Program-made: the position numbers and the translations under genes | Assembly (NCBI GenBank): GCA_963793305.1 | Contig: CAWBZV010000003.1 | Location: forward strand, 1,510,634-1,574,633 | Direction of reading: 5' to 3' | Source of the DNA: an uncultured Gemmatimonadales bacterium | GTDB taxonomy: Bacteria; Gemmatimonadota; Gemmatimonadetes; Gemmatimonadales; Gemmatimonadaceae | Length of the DNA stretch: 64,000 bases | Part shown: in pieces, positions 39,742 through 49,706 of the stretch | Numbering within the stretch: the first letter of the stretch is position 1 | Layout: the number at the start of each line of letters is the position of its first letter | The notes under the pieces: generated by a model | The model's database searches: none | What the model was told of the DNA's origin: nothing | What the model saw: only the letters and a program-made list of their open reading frames with translations

Positions 39742-40191
39742 TTAACCGAACTCGATCGCGTAGCGCAAGAACCCGCTGTGCGGCGCGTACTTATCGTAGA
39801 GTCCGCGGGCGCGATAGTTCGTTTCTTTCGTGTGCCAGTACAAGTAGGCCCAACCACGCGTTTTGGACTCGGTGGCGAGCCAATCGATGAGCATCTTGCC
39901 CACACCCGCCGTGCGCCGAGTCGCTTCGACGTACAGGTCCTCCAAGTAACACACCGGTGTCAGCGTCGAGGTGCTCTCGTGCACGAGATAGTTCGCGATG
40001 CCGATCACCCCGAGGTCGCTGTCCTCGGCTACGATCGCCCAGATGGGCGCGGCCGCATCGAGGATACGCCCCCACGTAGCGCGCGTCTGCGCCTCCGATG
40101 GCTCTTTCTCGTAATAGCGCGTGTAGGCGTCCCACAGCTCACGCCAGCGCGGCTCGTCGCGCGATTCGATCCTGCGGATTTGGACGGTCAT
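39742..40191 (-). CDS. GNAT N-acetyltransferase
   Basis: CYLEDLYV...RTAGVGKMLI, LYWHTKETNYRARGLYDK. Confidence 0.9.
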   Translation of the reverse strand: MTVQIRRIESRDEPRWRELWDAYTRYYEKEPSEAQTRATWGRILDAAAPIWAIVAEDSDLGVIGIANYLVHESTSTLTPVCYLEDLYVEATRRTAGVGKMLIDWLATESKTRGWAYLYWHTKETNYRARGLYDKYAPHSGFLRYAIEFG

Positions 40192-40256
40192 GGCGGTAGT
40201 ATCGGCGGATCAGATGCCGCGCGAAATGGCCACTTTCACGTCCAACACGGTCAGCG

Positions 40257-40748
40257 CTATGACCTGTCGCGCAACGCGTACGTGAAGATATCAGTGTTCG
40301 GCGGCTTCTGACCGATCTGCCGCAGCATGCTCGTCACCTGCCCGCGATGCAGCGTGGCATGATTCACCAGGTGCAACACCAGCTTCCATCGGTGAATCTC
40401 GCAATCGGGTCCGACGAGCTGCCCCGCGAGCTCCGCCTCTGTCGCCGCCTCGAGGTAATCACGAAGATCCCGCCAGATCACGGGCCAATCCCGTTGCATG
40501 TCGCCGAGGCTCGTCGGGGTCGGATCGGCGTCCCCGATATCCGCGAGGCGAGGCAGCGTGTTCTCGCGAAGACACTGCACCCAGAACTCTTCCGAGATGT
40601 AGAAGTGATACAGGGTTCGCCGGATGGTCGCGTGGGACCCGCCGGTATCGCGGTCGACGTCAGCCGGCGGCAAAGTCGAGCAAGCGGCCAGCAACCGCCG
40701 CGTCGCCCACTCGGAATAATTCGACTGAAAGAGCAACTGATCCTTCAT
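40257..40748 (-). CDS. DinB family protein
   Basis: YSEWATRRLL, HLVNHATLHRGQ. Confidence 0.9.
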   Translation of the reverse strand: MKDQLLFQSNYSEWATRRLLAACSTLPPADVDRDTGGSHATIRRTLYHFYISEEFWVQCLRENTLPRLADIGDADPTPTSLGDMQRDWPVIWRDLRDYLEAATEAELAGQLVGPDCEIHRWKLVLHLVNHATLHRGQVTSMLRQIGQKPPNTDIFTYALRDRS

Positions 40749-41866
40749 GGCATCGGCCCGTTATAGTGTGCGCGCGGTCGGATCAGCTGGCCGCTGGAAT
40801 ATTGCTCGATCGCATGCGCGACCCAACCCACGGTTCGGCCGAGCGCAAACAGGATGATCGGGGCGTGCTCGGGAAGCCGATACGCGAGTGACACCGCCGC
40901 CAGTCCGAAATCGAGAGTCGGGTAGAGCCCGAGCACCTCGTGCCCCTTTTTAGCCAAGCCGCGCACGCGCCGCCAGATCGTGCGATTGCGGCTCTCCTCG
41001 GCGAGTCGCAGCAACATCTCGGCGCGCGGGTCACCGTCGGGGTAGAGCGGATGCCCAAACCCCGGCACGGTCTCGCCACGGCGCAACATGCTCTCGATGG
41101 CTCGTGGCTCGCGCAGCATTGCCGCGGCGCGCTCGCTCTGCCCACCGTGCCGGTGCCCTTTGAGCGTCGCCAGCGCGGCCGCCACGACGTCATACGGCGA
41201 CGCGCCCGCCGACGCCGCGCATCGGGCCGTGAACGCCGAGACATTGAGCTCGTGGTCCGCGCAGAGCACCAACGCCGACCGTACGACCTCGCTGACCTTG
41301 GCCCCCCACAGGGTATGGATCGGCCCCCGCACGTCGCGCCCACCAATGACCGACGCCATGAGTCGCACGATGCGGACCCCCGTACGTCGTACCCCTGCAG
41401 GGCCTAGATCATATCCGGCGGGGTCTGCGCCCCCGGCCAGAGGCAGTGTCGCCTGACAGAGGCTCAGCGCATCCGCCTTGGCCACGATGCGCGGCGACCG
41501 CACGGGAGGCTGGTCAAAGAGACCCGAGCTTTGCCAGAGGAGCTCGGCCACTGTTTCGAGACTCGCACGCTCGGCCAGCTCGATCGCGTCCTGCCCGCGG
41601 TAGTACAGGCGACCGTCCCGGATGAGCGTGATCCCCGACTCCAAGACGGGGCTGCCCCAATCGAGTCCTTTGGCCGCCGCGATCGCCGGATCGCGCCGCG
41701 CCTCTTTCCGGTCGCGCAGGCGTTCGATGTCCTGCTTGATATACCGCCGCTCTCTCGTCCGACCCGGCACGCGCTCCGATCGCAGCTGCCCCCGGCTCGC
41801 GTACGCATAGAGGGTCGCCCGCGTGACGCCGAGCGCGTCGGCGGCTTGCGCCGCGGTCAAATACAT
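40745..41866 (-). CDS. HTH-fused citrate synthase family protein
   Basis: N-terminal HTH YLTAAQAADALGVTRATLYAYASRG; ADHELNVSAFTAR; PGFGHPLY. Confidence 0.88.
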   Translation of the reverse strand: MYLTAAQAADALGVTRATLYAYASRGQLRSERVPGRTRERRYIKQDIERLRDRKEARRDPAIAAAKGLDWGSPVLESGITLIRDGRLYYRGQDAIELAERASLETVAELLWQSSGLFDQPPVRSPRIVAKADALSLCQATLPLAGGADPAGYDLGPAGVRRTGVRIVRLMASVIGGRDVRGPIHTLWGAKVSEVVRSALVLCADHELNVSAFTARCAASAGASPYDVVAAALATLKGHRHGGQSERAAAMLREPRAIESMLRRGETVPGFGHPLYPDGDPRAEMLLRLAEESRNRTIWRRVRGLAKKGHEVLGLYPTLDFGLAAVSLAYRLPEHAPIILFALGRTVGWVAHAIEQYSSGQLIRPRAHYNGPMP

Positions 41867-41891
41867 TGATTGCCGAATCAAGATTGACAAT
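41866..41891. promoter_or_regulatory. dyad between divergent citrate synthase genes
   Basis: TTGATT-gccg-AATCAA followed by ATTGACAAT. Confidence 0.5.
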
Positions 41892-41919
41892 GTATTGGCC
41901 CACCGTCGAACATGCGAGC

Positions 41920-42960
41920 ATGAGCACTGGACTGGAAGGCGTCGTCGCCGCGTCGACGCGGCTCAGCCGTGTCGATGGCGAAGCAGGGACCCTGATCCTC
42001 GCGGGGTATGCGGTCGAGGATCTCGCGTTGCACGCCACGTTCGAAGAAGTCGTCGCTCTCTTTTTGAGACAATACTCGCCCGATGGCCGAGCGCTGCCAC
42101 CCGCGACGATCGACGTACTACACCATGCGGCCGCCCGAAGGGCGCCGCCCATGGATGCCCTATTGATGGCGACACCCACGCTGGAGGGCGATGCTCTCAC
42201 CGCCATCGCGGCATTCCCGACGATAGTCGGCACATACTGGCGCCTGTTGAATGGCGAGAGCCCGGTCCCCGTGCGCTACGATCTCTCGCACGCGGCTCAC
42301 TATCTCCATCAGCTTTCCGGAGTCGAGCCGACCCCCGAGCGCGTCCGTGCGCTCGAGACGTACCTGATCACCGTGTGTGACCACGGCCTGAACGCCTCCA
42401 CGTTCACCGCCCGAGTGATCGCCTCCACGCACTCGGACGTGATCTCGGCCATCACCGGCGCCCTCGCCGCGCTCAAGGGTCCTCTGCACGGTGGCGCCCC
42501 AGGCCCGGCGCTCGACATGGTCTTCGAGATCGGCACGCCCGATCGGGCCGAGGCCATCATTCGATCGAAGCTCAACGCAGGGGAGCGCCTCATGGGCTTC
42601 GGCCATCGCGTCTATCGCGTCCGCGACCCGCGTGCCGACGTCCTCGCGGCCGCGGCCGAGCGCTTGTACGAGAACGGCGCCGACCGCCGCATCTACGAAC
42701 TGGCGCGGAGCATCGAGCGCACGGCGTTGCGCGTGCTGCACGAGCACAAGCCCGACCGCCGCCTCGACACGAACGTCGAGTTCTACACCGCGCTCTTGCT
42801 GCACGGCCTCGGCCTGCCGACCGAGCTCTTCACGCCGACATTCGCCGTCGGTCGTGTCCTCGGCTGGTGCGCCCACTATCACGAGCAACTGCGCGACGGC
42901 CGGCTGATCCGTCCGCAATCCGAGTATATCGGCCCCGTCGGACTACAGTACGTCGCCTAG
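41920..42960 (+). CDS. citrate / 2-methylcitrate synthase
   Basis: GLEGVVAA, DHGLNASTFTAR, GPLHGGA, MGFGHRVY, NVEFY. Confidence 0.92.
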   Translation: MSTGLEGVVAASTRLSRVDGEAGTLILAGYAVEDLALHATFEEVVALFLRQYSPDGRALPPATIDVLHHAAARRAPPMDALLMATPTLEGDALTAIAAFPTIVGTYWRLLNGESPVPVRYDLSHAAHYLHQLSGVEPTPERVRALETYLITVCDHGLNASTFTARVIASTHSDVISAITGALAALKGPLHGGAPGPALDMVFEIGTPDRAEAIIRSKLNAGERLMGFGHRVYRVRDPRADVLAAAAERLYENGADRRIYELARSIERTALRVLHEHKPDRRLDTNVEFYTALLLHGLGLPTELFTPTFAVGRVLGWCAHYHEQLRDGRLIRPQSEYIGPVGLQYVA

Positions 42961-44337
42961 CGTGCGCGTCGCGCGATCGAGCGCGCGTTCGTCCGCGCCG
43001 CCGAATCCGAGCAGCAGCCCGTTCCGCGGCGTCGCCCCGCCGTAACACGTCGACAGCGCGGTCGCCGCCAGCCCGCGCCGGTCGAGCTGCCGTACGACCT
43101 CGATATCCGACATGCCGTCCGGAAGCCACACGGGAACGTGCAGTCCCGCATCGGCGTTGTGAACGACCAGCTTGCCGTGGCAATGCCGCGCCAGTCCCGC
43201 GAGCAGCGCATCGCGCCGGCGGCGATAGATGTCGCGCATGCGCCGAATGTGACGCGCGAACCGGCCTTCGCGCAGGAAATCGGCGAGCGCCAGTTGGTAG
43301 AGCGTCGGCGAAAAGATGTCGAGCGCCTCGCGCGCGCGGAGGAACGCGTCCCAGAGTCGCGGCGGCACGACGACGTACGCCACGCGCAGGGCGGGGAACA
43401 ACACCTTGCTGAACGTGCCCATGTACACGACCCGTTCGTGCGCATCCATCCCCTGCAGGGCGCCGAGCGGACGGCTGACGTAGCGATACTCACTATCGTA
43501 GTCGTCTTCGATCACCCACGCATCGGCTTGGGCGGCCCACGCCAAGAGGGCCACACGCCGGGCGGCGGTCATCGAGACGCCGAGGGGATATTGATGCGCG
43601 GGCGTGACGTAAACGGCGCGCGAGGTGCCGATCTGCTCGACCTGTATCCCGTCGTCGTCGACGGGGACATACGCGATGGCCGCGCCCGGACCCGCCAGAG
43701 CGAACCGGGCCCCGGGATACCCAGGCTCCTCGATCCCGATAGTGTCGCCGGGCGCCACCAATACCGCGGCGCAGATGTTGAGGGCCGCCTGTGAGCTCGA
43801 GACGACGAGCACATGGCTGGCCTCGCAGCGTACGGCGCGAGAGGTCCGCAAGTACTCGGCGATCTGCTCGCGCAGGGGCAGGTATCCGGCCGGATCGCCA
43901 TATCCCATGAGCTCAGGGGGCATTGCCCGTGCGTGCCGGGCGACAATCCGCGCCCACGCGCTCCGTGGAAACTGGTCGAGCGCGGGGGAGCTGACGCGGA
44001 AGGGCCGTACCCCTTCATCCGGCCACGACGCCGAGGCCGTGCGCTTGCCGGCCCGCCGCCCCGCCACGAGGTCGGCATTAACGTACGTCCCCGATCCGCG
44101 CCGGCCGGCGAAGTAGCCTTCGTTCAGCAGCTGCTCGTAGGCGGCGAGGACCGGAAGCCGCGAGACGCCGAGTTCGGCCGCGAGCGCGCGGGTCGACGGG
44201 ATGCGTTGGCCGGGTCGCAGATGTCCCGCCAGTATCGCGCGGCGATAGCCCTCATAGATCTGTTGGTAAAGCGGTGCACGCGAGTCGCGATCGATCGGCA
44301 GGTGCGTGATCAGCTGCGGTCCAGCGGTAGAACGCAT
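42943..44337 (-). CDS. MocR/GabR family regulator (GntR HTH plus PLP-dependent aminotransferase domain)
   Basis: PLYQQIY...PSTRALAAELGVSR, IEDDYDSEYRY, GTFSKVLFPALR. Confidence 0.93.
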   Translation of the reverse strand: MRSTAGPQLITHLPIDRDSRAPLYQQIYEGYRRAILAGHLRPGQRIPSTRALAAELGVSRLPVLAAYEQLLNEGYFAGRRGSGTYVNADLVAGRRAGKRTASASWPDEGVRPFRVSSPALDQFPRSAWARIVARHARAMPPELMGYGDPAGYLPLREQIAEYLRTSRAVRCEASHVLVVSSSQAALNICAAVLVAPGDTIGIEEPGYPGARFALAGPGAAIAYVPVDDDGIQVEQIGTSRAVYVTPAHQYPLGVSMTAARRVALLAWAAQADAWVIEDDYDSEYRYVSRPLGALQGMDAHERVVYMGTFSKVLFPALRVAYVVVPPRLWDAFLRAREALDIFSPTLYQLALADFLREGRFARHIRRMRDIYRRRRDALLAGLARHCHGKLVVHNADAGLHVPVWLPDGMSDIEVVRQLDRRGLAATALSTCYGGATPRNGLLLGFGGADERALDRATRTLGDVL

Positions 44338-44344
44338 ATCGAAA

Positions 44345-44430
44345 GATACCCAGGAGCTTAGATACTAGGAGTTGGATACTAGGAGTTGGATACTAGGAGT
44401 TGGATACTAGGAGTTAGATACCCAGGAGTT
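44345..44430. repeat. tandem repeat, 6 copies of a ~14-bp unit (GATACTAGGAGTTG)
   Basis: Three exact copies 44361-44402, one GATACTAGGAGTTA, flanked by two GATACCCAGGAG variants. Confidence 0.92.
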
Positions 44431-44493
44431 CGGACATTGGGTAGCTCACGATCGGTCGTCAGGCGACGAGCGCGAAGCGCGAGGAGGGTCTTG

Positions 44494-44513
44494 CCTAACC
44501 AAGACAGTCTAGG
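44494..44513. promoter_or_regulatory. putative PadR operator
   Basis: CCTA-N12-TAGG dyad next to a TATCGT -10-like box 6 nt before the padR ATG. Confidence 0.5.
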
Positions 44514-44525
44514 TATCGTCGAGTC

Positions 44526-44834
44526 ATGTACGGCACACTCGATGCCCTGATTCTCAAAGCGCTGAAGCTCGGCCCGCGCCACGGGTACGCCGTGGCGCGA
44601 TGGCTCGAGCAGGCCGCCGACGGCGCCGTCGTGATCGAGGATGGCTCGCTGTATCCGGCGCTCTACCGGTTGGAACAACGCCAGTGGATCGAGGCGGACT
44701 GGGGTGTGACCGAGCTCGGTCGGCGAGCGCGCTTCTATCGCCTGACCCGCAAGGGACGCCGACAGCTCGCGGTCGCGACGCGCGAGTGGACCGTGTTCGC
44801 CGCGTTCGTCTCCCGCGTCCTGGAAACCGCCTGA
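44526..44834 (+). CDS. PadR family transcriptional regulator
   Basis: GTLDALILKAL, HGYAVARW, GSLYPALYRLE, RRARFYRLT. Confidence 0.92.
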   Translation: MYGTLDALILKALKLGPRHGYAVARWLEQAADGAVVIEDGSLYPALYRLEQRQWIEADWGVTELGRRARFYRLTRKGRRQLAVATREWTVFAAFVSRVLETA

Positions 44835-47413
44835 TGCGCCCCACAGAGGTCGATGCCGAGCTCGCGTTCCACGTCGAGATGCGCGCGCGTGAGCTGATGG
44901 CGCGGGGCATACCGGAAGATGATGCATGGCGCCAAGCGCGCGAGCGACTCGGCGACCCGGCCAATCTCAAGGCGCGACTGGTCGCCATCGGCCAATCGAC
45001 CCATCGCCGCGAGCTGTTGTCGGAGCTCTGGTACGACATGCGGTTCGCGTTGCGCCAGATGGTCGCCGCTCCGACCTTCGCCGCGATCGCGATCGGCACG
45101 CTCGCGATCGGCATCGGTGGGACTACCGCGATCTTCAGCGCGGTCAAAGCGGTCGTGCTCGCGCCATTCCCCTGGACACACCCCAATCGCACGGTCGTCG
45201 TCCCCGAGCGCTGGCACGACCTCGATGGCAGCGTGTCCGTCGGGAACTACGTCGACTGGCGCGCGCTCACGTCGTCCTTCACCGAGCTGGCGGCCGAGAA
45301 ATTCGCCGGCTACACACTGGATGCCGCCCCGGCGCCGGAACGGGTCACGGGTGGCCAAGTCACCGACAATTTCTTCGCCGTCTTCGGCCAACGCCCGATG
45401 CTCGGCCGCACGCTTCGTGCTGATGATGACGAGCATGTCGTCGTCCTCAGCGAGGGTCTGTGGCGATCACGGTTTGGCGCCGACAGCGGGATCCTCGGCC
45501 GCACGATCACGATCAACGTCACGCCGTACACGGTCATCGGCGTGATGCCCGCCGCGTTCGACCCGACGCTGTCGGAAGAGCAGCTCTGGGTGCCAGCCGT
45601 ATTTACCCCGGCGCAGCGCGCCGAACACGATGAGCACTCCCTGCAGGTCGTCGGATTGTTGACGCCGACCGCGACACTCGACGCCGCGCAACGCGATGTG
45701 CGTCATGCCGCCGAGCTCCTGGCCGCTCGTTACCCGCGGGCCGATGTGGACCGCTCAGCGACCGCGTATTTACTCGGTCCCTATCTCATCGGCAACGCGC
45801 ACGACCAATTGCTGTTCGTGCTCGGCGCCGTCTCGCTCGTCTTTCTCATCGCCTGCGTCAACGTCGCGAACTTGCTCCTGGCGCGGTCGTCGGTGCGCGC
45901 GCGCGAGATCGCGATTCGCGCGGCGATCGGCGCGGGACGCGGTCGGCTCGTCCGCCAACTGCTGACGGAAGGCGCCGTCATGTCGTTCCTCGCGTCGATC
46001 CTCGGTGTCGTCGTGGCCGCGGTCCTCGTTCGCGTGCTCGTGGCCGCGGCGCCCGCTGGCGTCATCCCGCGTCTCGCGCAGACGCACATCGATACCGGCG
46101 TGCTGGCGTTCGCGCTGGCTATCGCGGCGGTCGCGACGTTGGCGAGCGGCCTGCTGCCAGCCCTGCGACTCGCGCGCCAGGATCCGCACGAAACCCTGCG
46201 CGGTGAGGGCCGCGGGATCGGGGCGGGGCGTTCGCGGGAAAGACTCCGCGGTGTACTCGTCACCGTCGAGGTGACGCTCGCGTTGATGCTTCTCGTCGGC
46301 TCCGGGCTTCTCGTGAGAAGCGCGATGGTACTCCAACGCACGGCAACGGGATTCGACAAAACGGGTATCTCGGCAGCCGGTGTGTCCCTGCCGGCCGCGA
46401 CCTACCGCGATCCCACGAGCGTCCGGCACGCGTTCGAGCAGATCGCCGAGCGCGTGACGCTCGTCTCCGCGCGCCCGCTCAGTGGCCCGGGCGGTGAAAA
46501 CGGCCTCATTCCCGAGGGCCGCCCGCTCGGCCCGGAGAGCGCGATCGCGAGCAACATGAGAATCGTGTCGCCGGACTACTTCACGACGATGCGCATTCCG
46601 ATCCGGCAGGGACGAGCCTTCACGTCGCAGGACGTCCGCGGCGCGACGCGCGTCATGATCGTCAGTGCCCGGTTTGCCGAGATGGCGTGGCCAGGAGGCG
46701 AGGCGATCGGCCGCCGTGTCGTGTGCTGCGAGGGAACCGACACGGACCCCATGTGGAAGACGGTCATCGGCGTGGCCGGCGACGTGCGATCGCGTGGCCC
46801 CGCGGGACAGATCGATCCGGAGTTCTATCTGCCGATCGACCAAGCGCCCGACGCTGCCTGGGCGTGGATTGGAGAGTCCATGACGATGGTCGTGCGAAGC
46901 CCGTCGCCCGGCGATGCGGCCAGCACCATGCGCGCCGCCGTGCGGTCGCTCGACCCGACACTGCCCGTGTCGAACATCCAGACCGCGGACCAAGCCTTTC
47001 GGACGGCCCTCGCGCCCGCTCGCTTCAACGCCCTCCTGCTCGGCGCCCTGGCGGCGATCGGGCTCTTGCTCTCGGCGGCTGGGATCTTCGGCGTCATCGC
47101 CTACTTCGTCGCCCTTCGGACTCACGAGATCGGCGTGCGCCGCGCGCTCGGCGCCACCGCGAACGATGTGCTGTGGCTCATGACACGGCAGGGCCTGCGG
47201 CCGGTCCTCATCGGCTTGAGCGTCGGCACCATCGTGTCGCTGCTGAGCGCGCGGCTGCTACGGAGCGCGCTCTACGGTGTCACGCCGTGGGATCCGGTGA
47301 CCTTCGCCGCCGTGGGAGTCGTGTTGGGCGGAGTCGCCCTGGCCGCGATCCTGGTGCCCGCGCGGCGCGCCATGCGCATCCAGCCCACGCGCGCGCTTCA
47401 GTTCGGCGGATGA
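44834..47413 (+). CDS. ADOP-type duplicated ABC permease (MacB/FtsX)
   Basis: VDAELAFHVEMR prefix; LIACVNVANLLLAR; REIAIRAAIGAGRGRLVRQLLTE; HEIGVRRALGA; coupled to padR. Confidence 0.92.
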   Translation: MRPTEVDAELAFHVEMRARELMARGIPEDDAWRQARERLGDPANLKARLVAIGQSTHRRELLSELWYDMRFALRQMVAAPTFAAIAIGTLAIGIGGTTAIFSAVKAVVLAPFPWTHPNRTVVVPERWHDLDGSVSVGNYVDWRALTSSFTELAAEKFAGYTLDAAPAPERVTGGQVTDNFFAVFGQRPMLGRTLRADDDEHVVVLSEGLWRSRFGADSGILGRTITINVTPYTVIGVMPAAFDPTLSEEQLWVPAVFTPAQRAEHDEHSLQVVGLLTPTATLDAAQRDVRHAAELLAARYPRADVDRSATAYLLGPYLIGNAHDQLLFVLGAVSLVFLIACVNVANLLLARSSVRAREIAIRAAIGAGRGRLVRQLLTEGAVMSFLASILGVVVAAVLVRVLVAAAPAGVIPRLAQTHIDTGVLAFALAIAAVATLASGLLPALRLARQDPHETLRGEGRGIGAGRSRERLRGVLVTVEVTLALMLLVGSGLLVRSAMVLQRTATGFDKTGISAAGVSLPAATYRDPTSVRHAFEQIAERVTLVSARPLSGPGGENGLIPEGRPLGPESAIASNMRIVSPDYFTTMRIPIRQGRAFTSQDVRGATRVMIVSARFAEMAWPGGEAIGRRVVCCEGTDTDPMWKTVIGVAGDVRSRGPAGQIDPEFYLPIDQAPDAAWAWIGESMTMVVRSPSPGDAASTMRAAVRSLDPTLPVSNIQTADQAFRTALAPARFNALLLGALAAIGLLLSAAGIFGVIAYFVALRTHEIGVRRALGATANDVLWLMTRQGLRPVLIGLSVGTIVSLLSARLLRSALYGVTPWDPVTFAAVGVVLGGVALAAILVPARRAMRIQPTRALQFGG

Positions 47414-47429
47414 CGCGCTAGATTGGGGG

Positions 47430-47696
47430 ATGGCCTCCCACGAACGGACACTCGGCATGGTATTCGACCATCCTACCTCGCACAACATCGAGTGGAAAGA
47501 CGTCATTCACATGCTGAACCAGCTCGGCACGACGGAAGACGCCGGTCATGATGGTTTGCGCGTCACGGTAAATGGCATGACGGTCGTCTTCCATCACACG
47601 GAACGGAAGACCCTCGACGACGAACAGATAAAGCAGATGCGACATTTCCTGCACCAAGTCGGACTGCAACCGGAGCAGCGCGCTAAGGGGCCGTGA
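47430..47696 (+). CDS. HicA-like small protein
   Basis: HERTL..VF.HPTSHNIEWKDV...L..LG; RVTVNG...VFH; ..MRHFL..VG pattern. Confidence 0.6.
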   Translation: MASHERTLGMVFDHPTSHNIEWKDVIHMLNQLGTTEDAGHDGLRVTVNGMTVVFHHTERKTLDDEQIKQMRHFLHQVGLQPEQRAKGP

Positions 47697-48534
47697 TCGC
47701 GGCGATCCCGAAGTTCGCCAGCAGCTGCTTCTGCAGGTCATCGGACATCGCATTCAGCTGTTGAACGCCTTGCGCCCCGCCGCCGACGCGATAGCGCAGC
47801 TGGCGCTGACCGAGCGGCGTCTCGATGATGCGCATCACGGCCTCGACGATCTCCGTGGGATCGCCCGCGATCTGCTCCAGCGTGTGCATGATCGAGTCGG
47901 CGATCCCGTTCACGGGTCCGTACGTCGTCGTCCGCGCGGTATCGGCGGCCTGTTCGAGATTTCCCGCGATCGCGGTCTTGTACGATCCAGGCTCGAGGAT
48001 CACCGAGTCGATGTGCTGCGCGGCGAGCTCATAGCGGTACGACTCGGCTAAGGCTTCCATCGCCCACTTGCTCGCGCAGTAGTACGCCATCGCCGGCAAG
48101 ACGATGCGACCGGCGCCACTCGACACGTGAAGCAGCAGGCCGCTCCCCTGGCGACGCATGGCTGGGAGCACCGCCCGGTTCATGCGCACGACACTGTAGA
48201 AGTTCGTGTCCATGAGCGACTGGACCTGGGCCAACGTGACGGCTTCCGAAACGCCGGTCAGCACCCGCCCGGCGTTGTTGATGAGAATGTCGATGCGCCC
48301 CGCGGCCGCCATCACTTGGGCTACGGCGCGCTCGACCGACGTGTCGCTGGTGACATCCAGCTCAATGACCTCGGTGAGCGAGCGAAGCTCCCGGGCAGCG
48401 GCGGCGTTCTTCCCGTCCACGCCGCGCATCGTCGCGAAAACACGGTAGTTACGCCCCGCCAGCGCCTCGGCCAGCAAACGCCCGAATCCCGTACTGGCGC
48501 CAGTAATGACGACGACTCGTTTCGAGTCAGGCAT
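47683..48534 (-). CDS. SDR family oxidoreductase
   Basis: VITGASTGFG, INNAG, YCASK. Confidence 0.92.
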   Translation of the reverse strand: MPDSKRVVVITGASTGFGRLLAEALAGRNYRVFATMRGVDGKNAAAARELRSLTEVIELDVTSDTSVERAVAQVMAAAGRIDILINNAGRVLTGVSEAVTLAQVQSLMDTNFYSVVRMNRAVLPAMRRQGSGLLLHVSSGAGRIVLPAMAYYCASKWAMEALAESYRYELAAQHIDSVILEPGSYKTAIAGNLEQAADTARTTTYGPVNGIADSIMHTLEQIAGDPTEIVEAVMRIIETPLGQRQLRYRVGGGAQGVQQLNAMSDDLQKQLLANFGIAAITAP

Positions 48535-48611
48535 GCACATCCCCTGTAGCGATTCGATTCATATGTCTATGAGTACCAACGCTATACGCGACTTGGGAGT
48601 ACTAGTCCCTA

Positions 48612-49706
48612 GTGACAATTACGGACGAGGCCGGCGCACCCACGTCGTCTGGTCGCATTCCGTCGCTCGACGGGATGCGCGCCGTTGCTGTCAGCTTCGT
48701 CTGCATCTCCCATCTCATCGGCGGTCCGTCGGCCCCGCTCGACCTGGGGACCATCGGCGTGCGCGTCTTTTTCGTGCTCTCCGGATTTTTGATCACGACG
48801 CTGCTGCTGCACGAGTGGGATCAATACGGCACAATCAATCTGATCCGTTTCTACTTCCGCCGCGTACTCCGCATCTTCCCGGCATACTACGCGTATCTCG
48901 CCGTAATTGCACTCGCGGGCTCGCTCGGCGTGATCCAGTTACATCGTGGTGATCTGCTGTACGCTCTCACGTACACCGTGAATTACCACATGCCGGTGTC
49001 CTCGGTGTTCGTCCAGCACGCTTGGTCGCTGGCGGTCGAGGAGCAGTTCTACTTATTATGGCCGGCGTTGTTGCTGCTGTTGGGGAGGAAGCGGGGGCTG
49101 CAGTTCGCGCTGCTGGTGATTTGCCTGTCGCCCCTCGTCCGCATCGCCGTGCACGAGTCGTTGCCGGATGCCATGAAGGGCACGATCCGATATCGATTCG
49201 AGACCGTCGCCGACGGGATCGCGGTCGGGTGTGCGCTGGCCGGGTACCGCGCTCAGCTGTGGGCGATGGGGTGGTACCGGCGATTGTTGACCACCGCGTG
49301 GTTCTGGCTCGTGCCCGCCGGCGTCATCGCGCTCTCATTCATCGGCTCGCATGCGTTCCAGGCGATCATCGGCGCGTCGATCATGAACCTCCTGATCGTC
49401 GCGATGGTCGATCGCGGCATGCGCCAGTCGACCGACCCGGTTGGCCGTCTGCTCAACACGCGCGCCTTCGCCGCCACCGGTGTCTTGAGCTATTCGCTCT
49501 ATCTCTGGCAGCAGCCATTCCTGGCCAGCCACCAGACCGGGTGGTGGACGGCGCTGCCGATCAGCATCGTCTTCACCGTATGCGCGGCGCTCGTCTCTTA
49601 CGTACTGATTGAGCGCCCGTTCCTCGCGCTCCGCCAGTTCTTCGAACGCCCTCACTTCGTCCGGGTCGCCGCGGTCTTCCCCTCGACGACGAGGCCGCCC
49701 GAGTAG
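48612..49706 (+). CDS. acyltransferase family 3 (OafA-like)
   Basis: IPSLDGMRAVAV, FFVLSGFLIT, FYFRRVLRIFP, WSLAVEEQFY, SYSLYLWQ. Confidence 0.92.
   Translation: MTITDEAGAPTSSGRIPSLDGMRAVAVSFVCISHLIGGPSAPLDLGTIGVRVFFVLSGFLITTLLLHEWDQYGTINLIRFYFRRVLRIFPAYYAYLAVIALAGSLGVIQLHRGDLLYALTYTVNYHMPVSSVFVQHAWSLAVEEQFYLLWPALLLLLGRKRGLQFALLVICLSPLVRIAVHESLPDAMKGTIRYRFETVADGIAVGCALAGYRAQLWAMGWYRRLLTTAWFWLVPAGVIALSFIGSHAFQAIIGASIMNLLIVAMVDRGMRQSTDPVGRLLNTRAFAATGVLSYSLYLWQQPFLASHQTGWWTALPISIVFTVCAALVSYVLIERPFLALRQFFERPHFVRVAAVFPSTTRPPE

Noticed and set aside
44345..44430. Possible CRISPR array
   Set aside because: Units are 14-16 bp and directly adjacent, with no unique spacers and no cas genes.
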